NCBI GenBank assembly: GCA_050273025.1
Contig: CP158636.1
Span: forward strand, 9,858,001 to 9,922,000
Direction of reading: 5' to 3'
Length of the DNA: 64,000 bases
Source of the DNA: Cenococcum geophilum
Lineage: Eukaryota
The notes beneath the pieces were generated by a model. That model made no database searches and was not told the DNA's origin. It was given only the letters and a program-made list of their open reading frames with translations. Positions 27,901 to 40,238 of this stretch are shown in pieces; the first letter of the stretch is position 1, and every line of letters begins with the position of its first letter. The position numbers were made by a program, and so were the translations under genes.

Positions 27901-30900
27901 GCCGGGATAGTATATTAGTAGGATTTATTTTACCTAGCTTATATTTAATCTTAAAATTAAACTTAGCTAGTTTCTTAGCGTATTAGGCCTAGTAAGCAAA
28001 TAAGCTTTTAGTAGTTATAAAGTACCTAAAATTATTATAATTGTAGAGTACGCGCGTCATATACGCGGCGTATTTAAGGTAGTAACGCCACGTCTTAAAG
28101 CATTGCACTATAGCGAGTAGTTCTTTATTATGCGTATTATACCGTATTTTTAGGCTAGTAAGCTTTTAACTACAATAAGCGATTAGGTGCTAGTGGAGTT
28201 AATCTTTTTACCCTAAAGGCTATAGAAGTATACTACTATAGGTATAGTTAGAAGCGTTAGTAATTACTATTAGGGGTAAATTAGGGTTAAAGTAGCGAAG
28301 TAGAGGAGCCTATATAAACGTAGCGCGTAGCTTATAAAACGCCTACTACGCGTTATCAGGCTAGGACTAAGGTTAATACCATCTAGTAGGCCCTTTTAAC
28401 TTGCGCTTTTTCTTCTTCTCCCTATTTAACGTTAGGTCGTGATATGCCTATATAAGATATACGTGTAGGGGGTATACGGTATCCGAGTAGTTTTAGATAA
28501 ATTGCCTATAGAAGTTAGTAAAGCTAAGAAAGACCTAGATGTCCCTATAGGACTTAGGCTTAGGCTATTCCTTAATAGCTTTTACGTGGTTAGGGTTTAT
28601 TATAATACCCTTAGGGGTAATAATAAAGCCTAAGAACTTAACGTTCTTAGTATAAAAGATATATTTTAATAGTTTAGCGTATAGGCCCCAAGCGCGGAGC
28701 TGTCGTAGTACCTGCTTAATATACTTAACGTGCTTATCCTTATTATTTAAGTAGATAAGAATATTATCTAGGTAAACTACGTAAATAGTATCTACTATAG
28801 TTCCTAGAGCTTTATAAATATAGCTCTAAAAAGTTATAGGGGCGTTAGTAAGACTAAAGGGCATTACTAGATATTTAAAGTAACCGTAGCGTGTCTTAAC
28901 TGCGGTCTTTTATTTATCTCCCTTTTTAATATAAATTCTATAGTATGCATTACAAAGATCTAGCTTTATAAATATCTTCACATAGCTAAGCCTTTTAAAG
29001 AGTTCGCCAACTAGCGGTAGGGGGTACCGATTTTTAATTGTAATCTTGTTTAGGCATCTATAGTTAACATATAGCCGCATTATACCGTCTGCTTTTAGTA
29101 TAAAGAGGATAGGCGCTCTAGTAGGCGACTTACTAGGCCTAATCTAGCCCTTTTCAAGAGTACTATCTAGGTACTTTTATAAGATCTACAACTCTTTCTA
29201 TAAGAGGTTGTAGAGGGGCATTTATAATAGCGTCTTGCCTTCTTCTAAGTCGATCACGTAGTCGTACTTAGAGTTTTACAGTAGTATGCTTACTAGCTCG
29301 TTAGAGAAGACATTAATTTCCTCCTTATATACGTCTAGCAGGCCGGGGGCTATAAAGGTTAAAGCGATTATTATATAGTAGTGTGCTTCCGGAAGCTAGT
29401 AAAGAAAAGGGTGTAGTTAATATACGTTTCGCAGGTGTGCTTATATAGAGAGTATATATAGCTCTACTATAGTATACTTAATAGTTTTAGGGTTTTAATT
29501 ACCTCCCCCTTATATATAGGTAATCTACGCCGGCACCGGAGGGTCTCTATAGGTACTCGCTGCTAGTAATAACAGGTCCTCTACTATGTTTATAACTGGT
29601 ATCTTTACGTCTAGAGGGTCTATACGGGTACTCGCTACTAGTAATAATAGGTTCTCTATTATATTTACGACCGACGTAAAGAAGGAGTCTTCTAGCTATA
29701 GCAAATAGATTATTTTACTAGCCTTAATATCTGCTAGGAAAGCGTTAAGGGTAACTATCTAGAGGCGTCTAGGGTCTAAAGTACCCTAGATAAACTGTCT
29801 AGAATAAAAGCTAATTAATAGATCTACTTTCGCGAGCCAATCCTATCTAAAAACTATATTATAACTATTAAATAAGCCGCCCTAAAAGGTCTGCGGGCTA
29901 ATAGTACAAAAGGTACCCTAGGAGTCGCTAGTGGTAACTATTAGATTATAAGCATCCTAGATTATTATCTGGTTACTATTAAGGAAACGTATAATAGGTT
30001 TATGTAAATATAGCGCGTAGCGTATAGGTAGGTTAAACCTATAGACGACATCTTAATTAATAAGGTTAATTTAGTACCTATTATTATATAAAGTACGTAG
30101 GCGGACTTCGCCCTAGGGCGTATCTATTATAACATATACTATAATACGTTTCTTCTCTCCCTCTATATCAAGCCCTAGTTACAGTTAAGAGAGATACGCT
30201 ACTAAGGCTTTAGGTTTTCCAAAGGCCGAGCTAACTTCTCTTTATTAGCCTACTTCTAGTGTTCCTTACAGTAGCCGCCTACGGTCCTTTAACTTGCCTA
30301 CGTAGTACTAGCGTCTAAGGGGTCCCTTAAGTTATTTAGCTTTTAGATAATCTCCCCGGGAGTTTACTTAGAAAAGCGTCGCCCTTTTTAGGTTTTATTC
30401 CCTAAGCCTAAGTCTATAAAGCCTATGCTGCGACCGCGCTTTATACGCAATAATTTGCCGCTACTACTTACGCGATCTTCTGTAAGCTTTGTGGTATTAA
30501 GCAATTACTTTATATAGCGGATTTTGTTAAAGAGGTCTTTAGCGGTTCTTACCTATTAGGCGAAGTTCTAGTAGAAGAGCTCTGCTTATAGGTAGGCTAG
30601 GATATATAAGAACTAGAAGTCTACCTATTGTTTAGGATTAACAAAAGGGGTATATAAGAAGAGGTCCTTTAAGCTATATATACGGGCTAGGAAGATATTA
30701 AACCTCTAGTTCTCCTTTATAAGAGCCATATAGTATATTATAGCGTTATTAAAGCGTTTTACTATGGGGTTCCTAATCTAGTTTTGGACTATAGTCTTAG
30801 ATTTATCCTATAGTAAAGGACCTTTATCCTTAATACCTAACCGGCGATAAACTAGTTAGGTAATTGTCTTCTCTTTTATAAAACCTTTAATGGCCTAGCG

Positions 30901-31678
30901 CGTGCGTCGCTTATAGTTATAGTTAGCGTTATTAACCTTAAATTGGTTCTTAACTGCGGCAATCTACCAGTTAAAATGCTGTTAAGTAGTACTGCTAATA
31001 TTAGGTAGTAACTTCTTAACTAGGGTGTTAAGATTTAATTAGCGTATATGTTTGCCACGTAACTTATACTCTTTACTAAAGAGGTAACGGGAGGGCTTTA
31101 TTAAATTAATAATACTCCGTAAGTTAGCTATTTTCTTAGCCAGCTTATCTAGCTCCTTTATATTAGCGGTATTAGGTAGGACACTAGTAACCTTACTAAG
31201 CTCCTATTAGGCCTAGGTATATAAGTTAAACTAGTCTCTAGCGTTTATAGATATCTAATTATTTTAAGATTTAGAGAATGGCTTAGATGCTACTAGTATG
31301 CTTCTAGGGGTTTCGTCTGCACTAGATCCTAAGGCGTTCTGCGGTTGCATCGCCAGCGTATTACTACCGGGTGTAGGCGTCGGTTTTCTTTTCGGAGATA
31401 TTATAGAAAAATTAAACCAGCTATCCTCCCAAGGGGATTGGGAAGGATTTAAATGTAAGGTAAGAATATAGATAGGGAGTCTAATAATAGAATAATAGGT
31501 ATATTGTATAGACAGAGATAAATCCTTAAGGGAAAGGGAGGAGTCTATGTGCGAGGTAGGAAGGGTTTTCCCTAAGTATATATAGAGCACGTACCTTACG
31601 GGCAAGTCACCCCTAGGTTGCCCTAGGGTCACCTATACCTTACAGTTATATAACTATCTACTTAGGTTTTACCTAATA
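24901..31678 (-). mobile_element. Full-length Gypsy/chromovirus G4, RIP-inactivated
   Basis: 225-bp LTRs 24901-25125 and 31454-31678; TSD GTAAA; poly-G PPT on the minus strand (~25129-25141); VYLDDILIY (~28760); chromodomain WEVEAII...LIKWLGWP (~26100-26180). Confidence 0.94.
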
Positions 31679-31878
31679 GTAAAGGTTTAAACTTAAAGAT
31701 AAAAATAAGTTAAGAGTTAACCTAAAGCACCTAGTATACTACATACTATTATAAATTATATATATGGACGATATGTATAAAATATATAAGAATCTAAAAA
31801 ATAAAAAAAAAATAAAAATACCCTATAAGGATATATTAGCCGCTAGATAAGCAATAGTATAGAAATATTAAGTATATA

Positions 31879-32893
31879 GTAGTAGTTCTTTAATTAACGT
31901 CTAATACGGATCCTATCTAGGCCCACGCAGACTACTCCGTCATAGGGGGAAAACTTGTGTATTTACAGGAAGAAAACCCTGCAGTTGGGTTGGGGGAGGA
32001 AAAACCCTATAAGCTACCTCAGTAGGATAAAAAACCCCGATTTGCTATGTCCGTCCGTAGTAGCGGCCCTGCGGGTCTACGGCTACGTCCTATCCTCCTT
32101 GGATGTTTTGAACTCCTTAGGAACCACTACTTCCTTCTCTAGCTTATCCTAAGCTGGGGTTTACTACGTCCTAACTAGGCCTTGCCGATTAATCGCTGTG
32201 TCTTATTGTTGTTTCCTATATTTTAACTGTCCCCTATATACTATATCTTGCTAACTATTGCTATATACGCCATGCCTCCCCCCCCCTAAGGTCTATTAAA
32301 GGCGTAAGGGGGATTTATCTATAAACTATTATTATACCAAAAGGCGAGCGGGACATGTGTGTGTGTATCTGGGTATCTTTTATACCTAGGCCCTAGTTAC
32401 TAGGCCCTCGCCAAGGGTCACTACTCCTTAAGAGGAGATAGAAAAACCGTACGGTATTGTCCAGGCTGCCAGGTAGTATTTAATAGTTAATGGCAAGTAA
32501 CCGCATGCTCCGCGGGCGATCGCCCTAGGGGTTAGGAGGGGCCGTATACTTGCTCGTTGCTCGTTTATAATTGCTTGTTTGTTAATATAAGGTTGTTAAT
32601 GCTTTTAATTAAGGGTTAGGGGACGTTGGATTCTATATGTATCTATAAGGATTATATAGGGTTGGAATAGGAGAACATAGCAGTAGTCTACTAAGAAGGG
32701 GGTACCGTTAGTAGTGGTTTTCGAGATCTTACCATCCCATGTGAAAACTTTTCACTACCCCCTACAACGTTTCGACAACCACCAGGTCCTACCCGCAGCT
32801 ATATAACGTCTCTGCGTTAACTCTACTAAGTCCGAAGACCAGTAGGTTTATAGGCCTTACCATGTATAGGTGCAGAGTCCGATTTTAAGGACC
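31879..32893 (-). mobile_element. Non-autonomous SINE-like/chimeric non-LTR retroelement (1015 bp) with a LINE-L2-type 3' end
   Basis: 15-bp TSD AATATTAAGTATATA (31864-31878 / 32894-32908); (ACT)n tail; 3' end GGAGTAGTCTGCGTGGGCC...GGATCC...GACGTTAA matches 62672-62716; no coding domain recognised. Confidence 0.87.
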
Positions 32894-33532
32894 AATATTA
32901 AGTATATATACGGCTAATATCTAATAAAAGTTTAAGAGTTAGGAGACTTAATACTTTAACTAAAAAGATTCCTTATGGAAGAATACTTAGAAAATATATG
33001 TCTATAGTATATTAAAGATAAAAAGCAAACTAGATATTGGCTAAAGAATAAGCTAAGTATATAAGGATTAAGTAGCTAATAGTTGGGAAAAGTAGAGGCC
33101 TATAGGACTAAAGGGAGCTAGTAGTAAAGCCTTAAACCCTTAAAGGAATTTAAGGACAACATCTAAATTTATAAGTTAATTAGTAAAATTAATAGTTTAA
33201 AGCACTAATAGATAGTAGAGTAATGCGGAACTATATTTTACTAGCAGTAGTTAAGAGAATAGGATTACCTTATAGATAGAAGAGTAATTTTACTTACTAG
33301 TTATAATTTTAGGAGATCTAATAACCTATAGAGGAGGGATTATTAACCTTAAAACAGGACCTATTTAAATAACTATTAAAAGAAGATAAATTAAGATGTC
33401 TTTTAATATCCTACTATTAGGACGGGATAAGGCAGTATTAGAATGCCTTAGTTATAAAAATATAACCTAAAGATTAATTAGATTACGGGATAGGTCGATA
33501 TTAAAGATACTTAATACTATAAAATGCAATAA

Positions 33533-36500
33533 TGTCACGGAACCCCACCGCAGGGGCCTCCATAGGAGAGCCCCGTGCTCTCGCGTACACCTCGCGTACA
33601 GCTTATGTCAGCTACGCGTAGTTATATCACCTCCTTACGCCCCCGACCCTTACGATCGATCGCGCAACGTCTTATAGACTCCTCGAATACATACGTCTTA
33701 TAGCCACTGCCCCGTCCCGTAACATTACGTTGCGCCTTTTTACTACCGACACCTAGCCTATAACCAATTCTACATCTTTGTAATACTACAGGCGCTACTA
33801 AAAGCAGCGTGCCTACGAGTTACCTTACTTTATTACTTCTAAGGAACCCATAATAGTAAGACGATATTCCTTACTAGCCACTATATTAAACCTAAAGAAC
33901 AATCCAATACCTATACTTAACCTACAACGCTAATTAATCCCAGGAGAATTTAATTTATTAGCCCTAGCCTTAACCCCTAAGGAGATGGACACTAATAATG
34001 TCTTATCTTTTATTAACTATATAACTATAGATAAGTAAGCAGAAGGGCTACTACCTATTAAAATTAAAATATAAGACGCCAAGACGTTTGTAAAAATGGT
34101 AGTATAAGAACCTAACAAATACTACCGCCTTCTATAAAACTACCACCTAAAGCTTATATAAGCTGAGATGCGTACTGCCTAAGATTGCGATATTATCTAA
34201 GACCTATAAGCTTGTGAGGCGCTTGCTAATAATACGCGTTAAGAAACCAAAGATAACCTCTGTGTGTCTAAACGCGACGTCTAATAGTTAAAGAAGGCTA
34301 AGATTGCACTTATTGCTACGGTCACTAAAAAAAAAGGCACAATTAAATACCTATAATCTCAGCTTAATGAGCATATTTATAATAACGCTAGACACCTCTC
34401 TACTATATATAACGCCACTTAAGTCTCTACGCCCCCGGTAACTTTACCTACTTAATACTTAATAAAGGGTTAGCGCCGAGTAGCCTTACCTAATGGGAAC
34501 CCCTACTAAAGTGATAATGAAAGCTATAATGACTAAACCTAAGCTGCCACTATAGGGTCTAATGTATGTTACCCTAATCCCTTAGTTTTCTAGGGAGACC
34601 GTAAAGAATATAGCTACTAGAAGATGCAAATCCGCAAGAAATTAACTTAGAGCGCCTGCCTTTTTCCTACGGAAGACACTAAGATTAGCTATATTATCGG
34701 GTAAATAAAGGGTATACTATTTAACAGACTCTTCGCCTAATAGGAGACTAATAGCCCCTAAAAGTGGCAGTCCCACTAAAAAGTCCTTAATAATCTTAAC
34801 TTAATATACCGCGACTATAACCTACTAGCCACTAACTAAGCTAAACTATGTGCCCTAAAGATAAGCCCTATTAAATTATTTAATAAGTTCTATGTTAAAT
34901 TCCAGGAATATACCGGAGCCCTTACCCGAGATAATACTAAAGACTAAGAAGATCTCCTTAAAAAAGTCACTTATTGCCTTAGTTACGCAGCCGCTAGCTA
35001 TAACTATAATAATATTTATAATATGGTAGCAGCTATATAGAAGATTAAACGATAACTAAATTAGATCGCTACTATAAACCCTTACCCAAAGACCTTTTTA
35101 TAGAAGCCCTCCGGACCTACTAAACCACTAACGCCTACTACCCTAAGTAACACTACTGGTCCTAATATCGACCTTTCTATACTAACCTTCCTGTAGAAGC
35201 TACTAGACGGAGAATATAAGCTACTCTAGAAGCTAAAGCGTTGCTATAGATATTGTTAAGAAGGCTATTATAGCTATAGCCCAAACTGCCTAATAGCTAG
35301 GTTTAGTAGCCGCCGCCTAATACCTAACCTAGTACCTCGAACACTAAATACGTCACTATATACCACTACTATATAAGATAAAGACGCAGTAATAGCGGTA
35401 AAGTCAGATATAGAAACGGAAAACGCCAAGTCCTAGCCCTAAGTCATAGGTTAGGACGCCCTAATGATAAGGGGATCTATATATCGGCCTGCTTAATAGA
35501 TAACTTAGTAAAGATAAATAGACGGAATAGATAGTTTTACCTATAATAGGAACTACTGCCAAAAAACAATATAAAAGCCGTTCTATAATTAATTGCGGAG
35601 CTACTAATAAATTTATAGATACCTAATTTATGCGCACTTATAACCTACCTACCTTACCCCTTACTAAAGCCCGCGCCCTATAACTCGCTAATAGTAGTTA
35701 TACCGTATAGAAGATTACCTATATAGTATAACTCTACCTAGATATAAATAGGCACCAAGAAGAACTCTAGGCCTATATTATACCACTTACTAACTACCCT
35801 ATTATCCTTAGAATAAACTAGCTTAAATAACACAACCCCGCCATTAACTGGAAAAAGAGAGAAGTAACCTTTAACTCTAAATACTATAGAGAGACCTGCC
35901 TAGGATATGGCCTAGCCGCCTTTATTTACTCCCTAGGATACTAACCTAAGGAACCCCTTATTACCCTACCTACGACCAACTACTACTACGTAAGTGCTGC
36001 GGCCTTCTACTATATAGTATGTAGGAAAGGCTGGACCGTTACTGTAGCCTTTTAATTACGACTATATAAGCTTGATAAAGAATAGGACTACGTCCTTTAC
36101 AGTAATAGGATAGATATAGTTAACCTCTTAGAAAACAATGCCCCCGCAGAACTCTATGGACTTTTACCTTTAGACTTTAAGAAGTTTATAAAGCTTAAAA
36201 AAGGACTTACTAATAAGGAACTCCGCAAGCTCCTCCCTAAGAGGTACTATAACTTTATTAACGTGTGCTTATAAAAGAGCGTAGATATACTCCCCCTATA
36301 TTAACCTAATAACTATGCTATTAATATTAAATAAGGAAAAACGCTACCCTATAAGAGACCCTACCTAATATTAAAAGACAAACTTTTAATTGTTAAAAAG
36401 TATATCGACGAACATCTTAATAAAGGGTTTATTCGCCCTAGCATATCCCCAGTAGCCGCCCCTATTCTCCTTACTAAGAAGCTAGGAGGAGGTATTTAAT

Positions 36501-39500
36501 TCTACGTTAACTATAGAGGACTTAACGCTATTATAATTAAGAACCGATACCCCGTACCGCTTATACGTAAGACTTTTAAGCGGCTTAGTTAAGCTAAAAT
36601 CTATACTAAGCTTGATATTATTGCCGCCTTTAACCGCCTCTAAATATAAGAAGGTGACGAATAGAAAACCGTATTTGTATTGCGCTTTGGCTAATTTGAA
36701 TATACCGTTATGCCCTTTAGCATATACAATAGCCCAGGCAGCTTCTAAAGCTATATTAATAACGCCTTACGGGACTAACTTAACGACTTCTGCTCTGCGT
36801 ACCTAGACAATATACTTATTTATAGTAATAACCCTTTTAAGTATATTAAGCACGTTTAAAAGGTCCTATAGCGCCTTAGGGACGTAGGACTTTATATTAA
36901 TTTAAAGAAGTGCGAATTCTTAGTTATAGAAGTAAAATACCTTAAACTAATTGTTACTACTAAGGGTGTCCGTATAGACCCTAAGAAGGTATATACAATT
37001 ACTAAATAGCAAACCCCTAACTGTATTAAAGACGTATAAGCTTTCCTTAGTTTCGCTAACTTTTATTAAAAATTTATATATAACTTCTTGGGTGTTATAG
37101 CACTATTTATAGCAATAATGCGAATGAAGGGCCTTTCCGCAAAAGAAAGAAAAATATATTTATATTTTATCTAGACGCCTAAATGCGAGAAGGCGTTCTA
37201 AGACCTTAAAGATACTTTTACCAAAGCACCTATTCTAGCTCACTTTATACTAGGATAATAACTCTATTTTAAGACTAACTCCTTAGACCACATTAACGCA
37301 GGCGTCCTCTCCCAGATAGGTAATAACGGTCTTCTCCACCTAGTTACATTCTATTCGTCTAAGCTTATATTATAAAAATATAACTATAAGATCTATAATA
37401 AGGAACTTCTCGCGATTGTATAAGCGTTTAAGAAATTCTGACTGGAACTCTCCTTAGTAGAACCTAACTAGCCAACTAAAGTCCTTACGGATTATTATAA
37501 CCTTAAGTACTTTATAACTATAAAACAGCTAAACTAACGCCAAGTACGCTGGAATAAGTTCCTCTCTAGTTTTAACTTTAAAATTGTATATAGGCCAGGA
37601 GTATAAGGTACTAAGCCTAATAGCCTAATACGCCGCTTATAAGACCTTTTTTAGTCTAAAGATAACCCCTGTAACCAGTTCTAATAATAAACGATTTTAA
37701 AAGCACGGAATTTAACCCTAGGTATGCTACCTACAATAGAGCTAACTATACCTTAGCTCTATACTATAGAACTAAAATTACCTCCCAAAATTAACGAGCT
37801 TATTACTACGGCATATAACACCTCTATTAACCTATTACTATATTAACTTATTGCCACAAAGACCGCCGGCGCCCGTACGCTGCCAATTAAACTCTAAAGC
37901 TTAGGCTAGATTAATATAGTAGCCTTAGAAGTAAAAGAGAACAGGCTCTATTATAGAGGCTATCTATTTATCCCTAACTTAGAAAATCTATAACGGCAAC
38001 TAATCTAAATGGCCTACGACCTTTAATTAAGCGGCCACCTAGGTAGAGAAGAAACCTATAAGCTTCTTAGCCAATATTACTTCTAGCCTAAAATAATAGA
38101 CTTAGTTAAACGCTTTATAGGCGCCTACTATAGTTATAAGCGCGCTAAGGCCTTTAATATAAAGTACTAAGGACTACTGCACCCTCTACTAGTACCTATA
38201 TGATGATAGGCAGATATCGCCATAGATTTCGTTATTAACCTACTACCCTATAAGTGATATAGCTGTACCTATAAGAACATCCTTATAATAATATGCCGAC
38301 TTATAAAAGAGCGCCACTACGTCCTAACCGAAGGCGTAGCCGTTAGCGACATTACTGACGCCTTCTTCCGCGAAATCTACCGATTACATAGGTTACCTAA
38401 CTTAATTACGTCCGACCGAGGTATATAGTTTGGCTCTAATATATAGAGACGAATCTGCTAACGCCTTGGCATCTCTGTTAAGATATCTATATCCTTTTAC
38501 TACGAAACTACTAGGCAACCGGAAAACGCTAATGCTAGTATAAAAGCGTACCTATAATAGGTAGTCGCCTATAGTTAAGATAACTGGGTAGATTACCTCC
38601 TACTAGGTAAATTTGCAGCGAATAACTACGTCTTAACTACTATAGGACTTACCCCGTTCTTCGCGAATAAGGGATATTACCCCTAATCCGGTATAGAACT
38701 ACCAGAACCTATTAATAAGAAACTGCCATATGGAAAACGCCTTAAGATGCTACTTACCGACCAGTATGCAGACTATATAAAAAATCTACTTAACTACTGC
38801 AAGGGAGAAATGGCCTAGGCTTAAGTAAAGTAGGCCTACTTCGCCGACCGTTATAGAACGCCACCACCGGAGATGCGTGTTGGCGACTAGGTATGGCTAG
38901 ATGCACATAATATCTCTACGTAGAGGCCTCTAAAGTCACTCAATTATAAGAACCTCGGCCCCTACCTAATTAAACGAGTTATTAATAGGGGAGCCGTATA
39001 TAAGCTAGAGCTTCCGCCTGCCCTAGCTACCCGCAGGATATAGCCTATATTTTACTTATGGCTACTATACCTTTACTAGCCTAACCCCTTACTAGGGCAG
39101 ACACAGCCTAAACCCCTACTAGTACTAATCCAAGACAAGAACGAAGACGAGAACCATAAGGAGTGGACCGTTAAACGAATTATTAACTCTAAATACTTTA
39201 GCAAAGGTAGAGGACGACGGCTCTACTACAAAGCTATATATACAGGATTCGACATAGATTAGCCAGAATGGCAACTATAGGAAGACTTCGAAAATGCAAA
39301 GGATCTAATTAGCGACTTTTACCACGCGAACCCATAGAAACTGGGCCTAAGCAGAGATTTTATACCTAATCCTCTATAGGAGCCCTTATAGAGTTAAACC
39401 GTTGTATATTATCACGTAGGGGCAAATTGCCGTTAGATTGCCGTTAGATTGCAAAAAGTGCGATTACGTGACCAAAATATCGTTAAAATATCCAGGAACT

Positions 39501-39875
39501 TCAACCGGCGATTAAAGTTATCTAATTAGTCGGATTCTTAGATGCCAAGCCTTATTACATAACGTTATTTTAAGCCTTTAGCAATACCCCCCTTTCTTCT
39601 TTTCTATTCCCTAAGTGTCCCTTCTATATATATATAGTAACCACAGCGTCGCCGGAGCTCCGCCTCTATAGGAGGGGGGGTAGTATCACGGAACCCCACC
39701 GCAGGGGCCTCCATAGGAGAGCCCCGTGCTCTCGCGTACACCTCGCGTACAGCTTATGTTAGCTACGCGTAGGTATATCACCTCCTTACGCCCCCGACCC
39801 TTATGATCGATCGCGTAACGTCTTGTAGACTCCTTAAATACATACGTCTTGTAGCCACTACCCCGTCCCGTGACA
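33533..39875 (+). mobile_element. Full-length Gypsy/chromovirus G5, RIP-inactivated
   Basis: 192-bp LTRs 33533-33724 and 39684-39875; TSD AATAA; PPT AGGAGGGGGGG; AYLDDILIYS (~36800), integrase ITSDRG (~38405), chromodomain EWTVERIIDS (~39160). Confidence 0.95.
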
Positions 39876-40238
39876 AATAATAAACTAAGTTAGTATAGTA
39901 TTAAGTTAGAGTAATATATAAAGAGACTAAGTAAGGCTTAAGTTATATACTAAAGAAATACAATAAATATAGTAAGAAACTATAGAGCCTAAAAAGTAAA
40001 AGGCTAGCAGATTATATAGTATAGGATTATAAAATAGAGTTAAAACTAGAAATAAGTCTAAGGTTCTTTCCAACCTATAAGCTTACTTAAGAAGAGTTAA
40101 GAGCACTTAAAGAGTTTGTTTAAGAAAACTTATAAAAGGGATATATTAGACCATTATAGTTATTAGTAGGATATCTAGTACTATTTGTATTAAAGAAGAA
40201 CGGAAAACTTAGGCTATATATTAACTATAAATAGTTAA

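Noticed and set aside
31264..31632. 122-aa minus-strand ORF
   Set aside because: Runs through the G4 5' LTR into the gag start; not an independent gene
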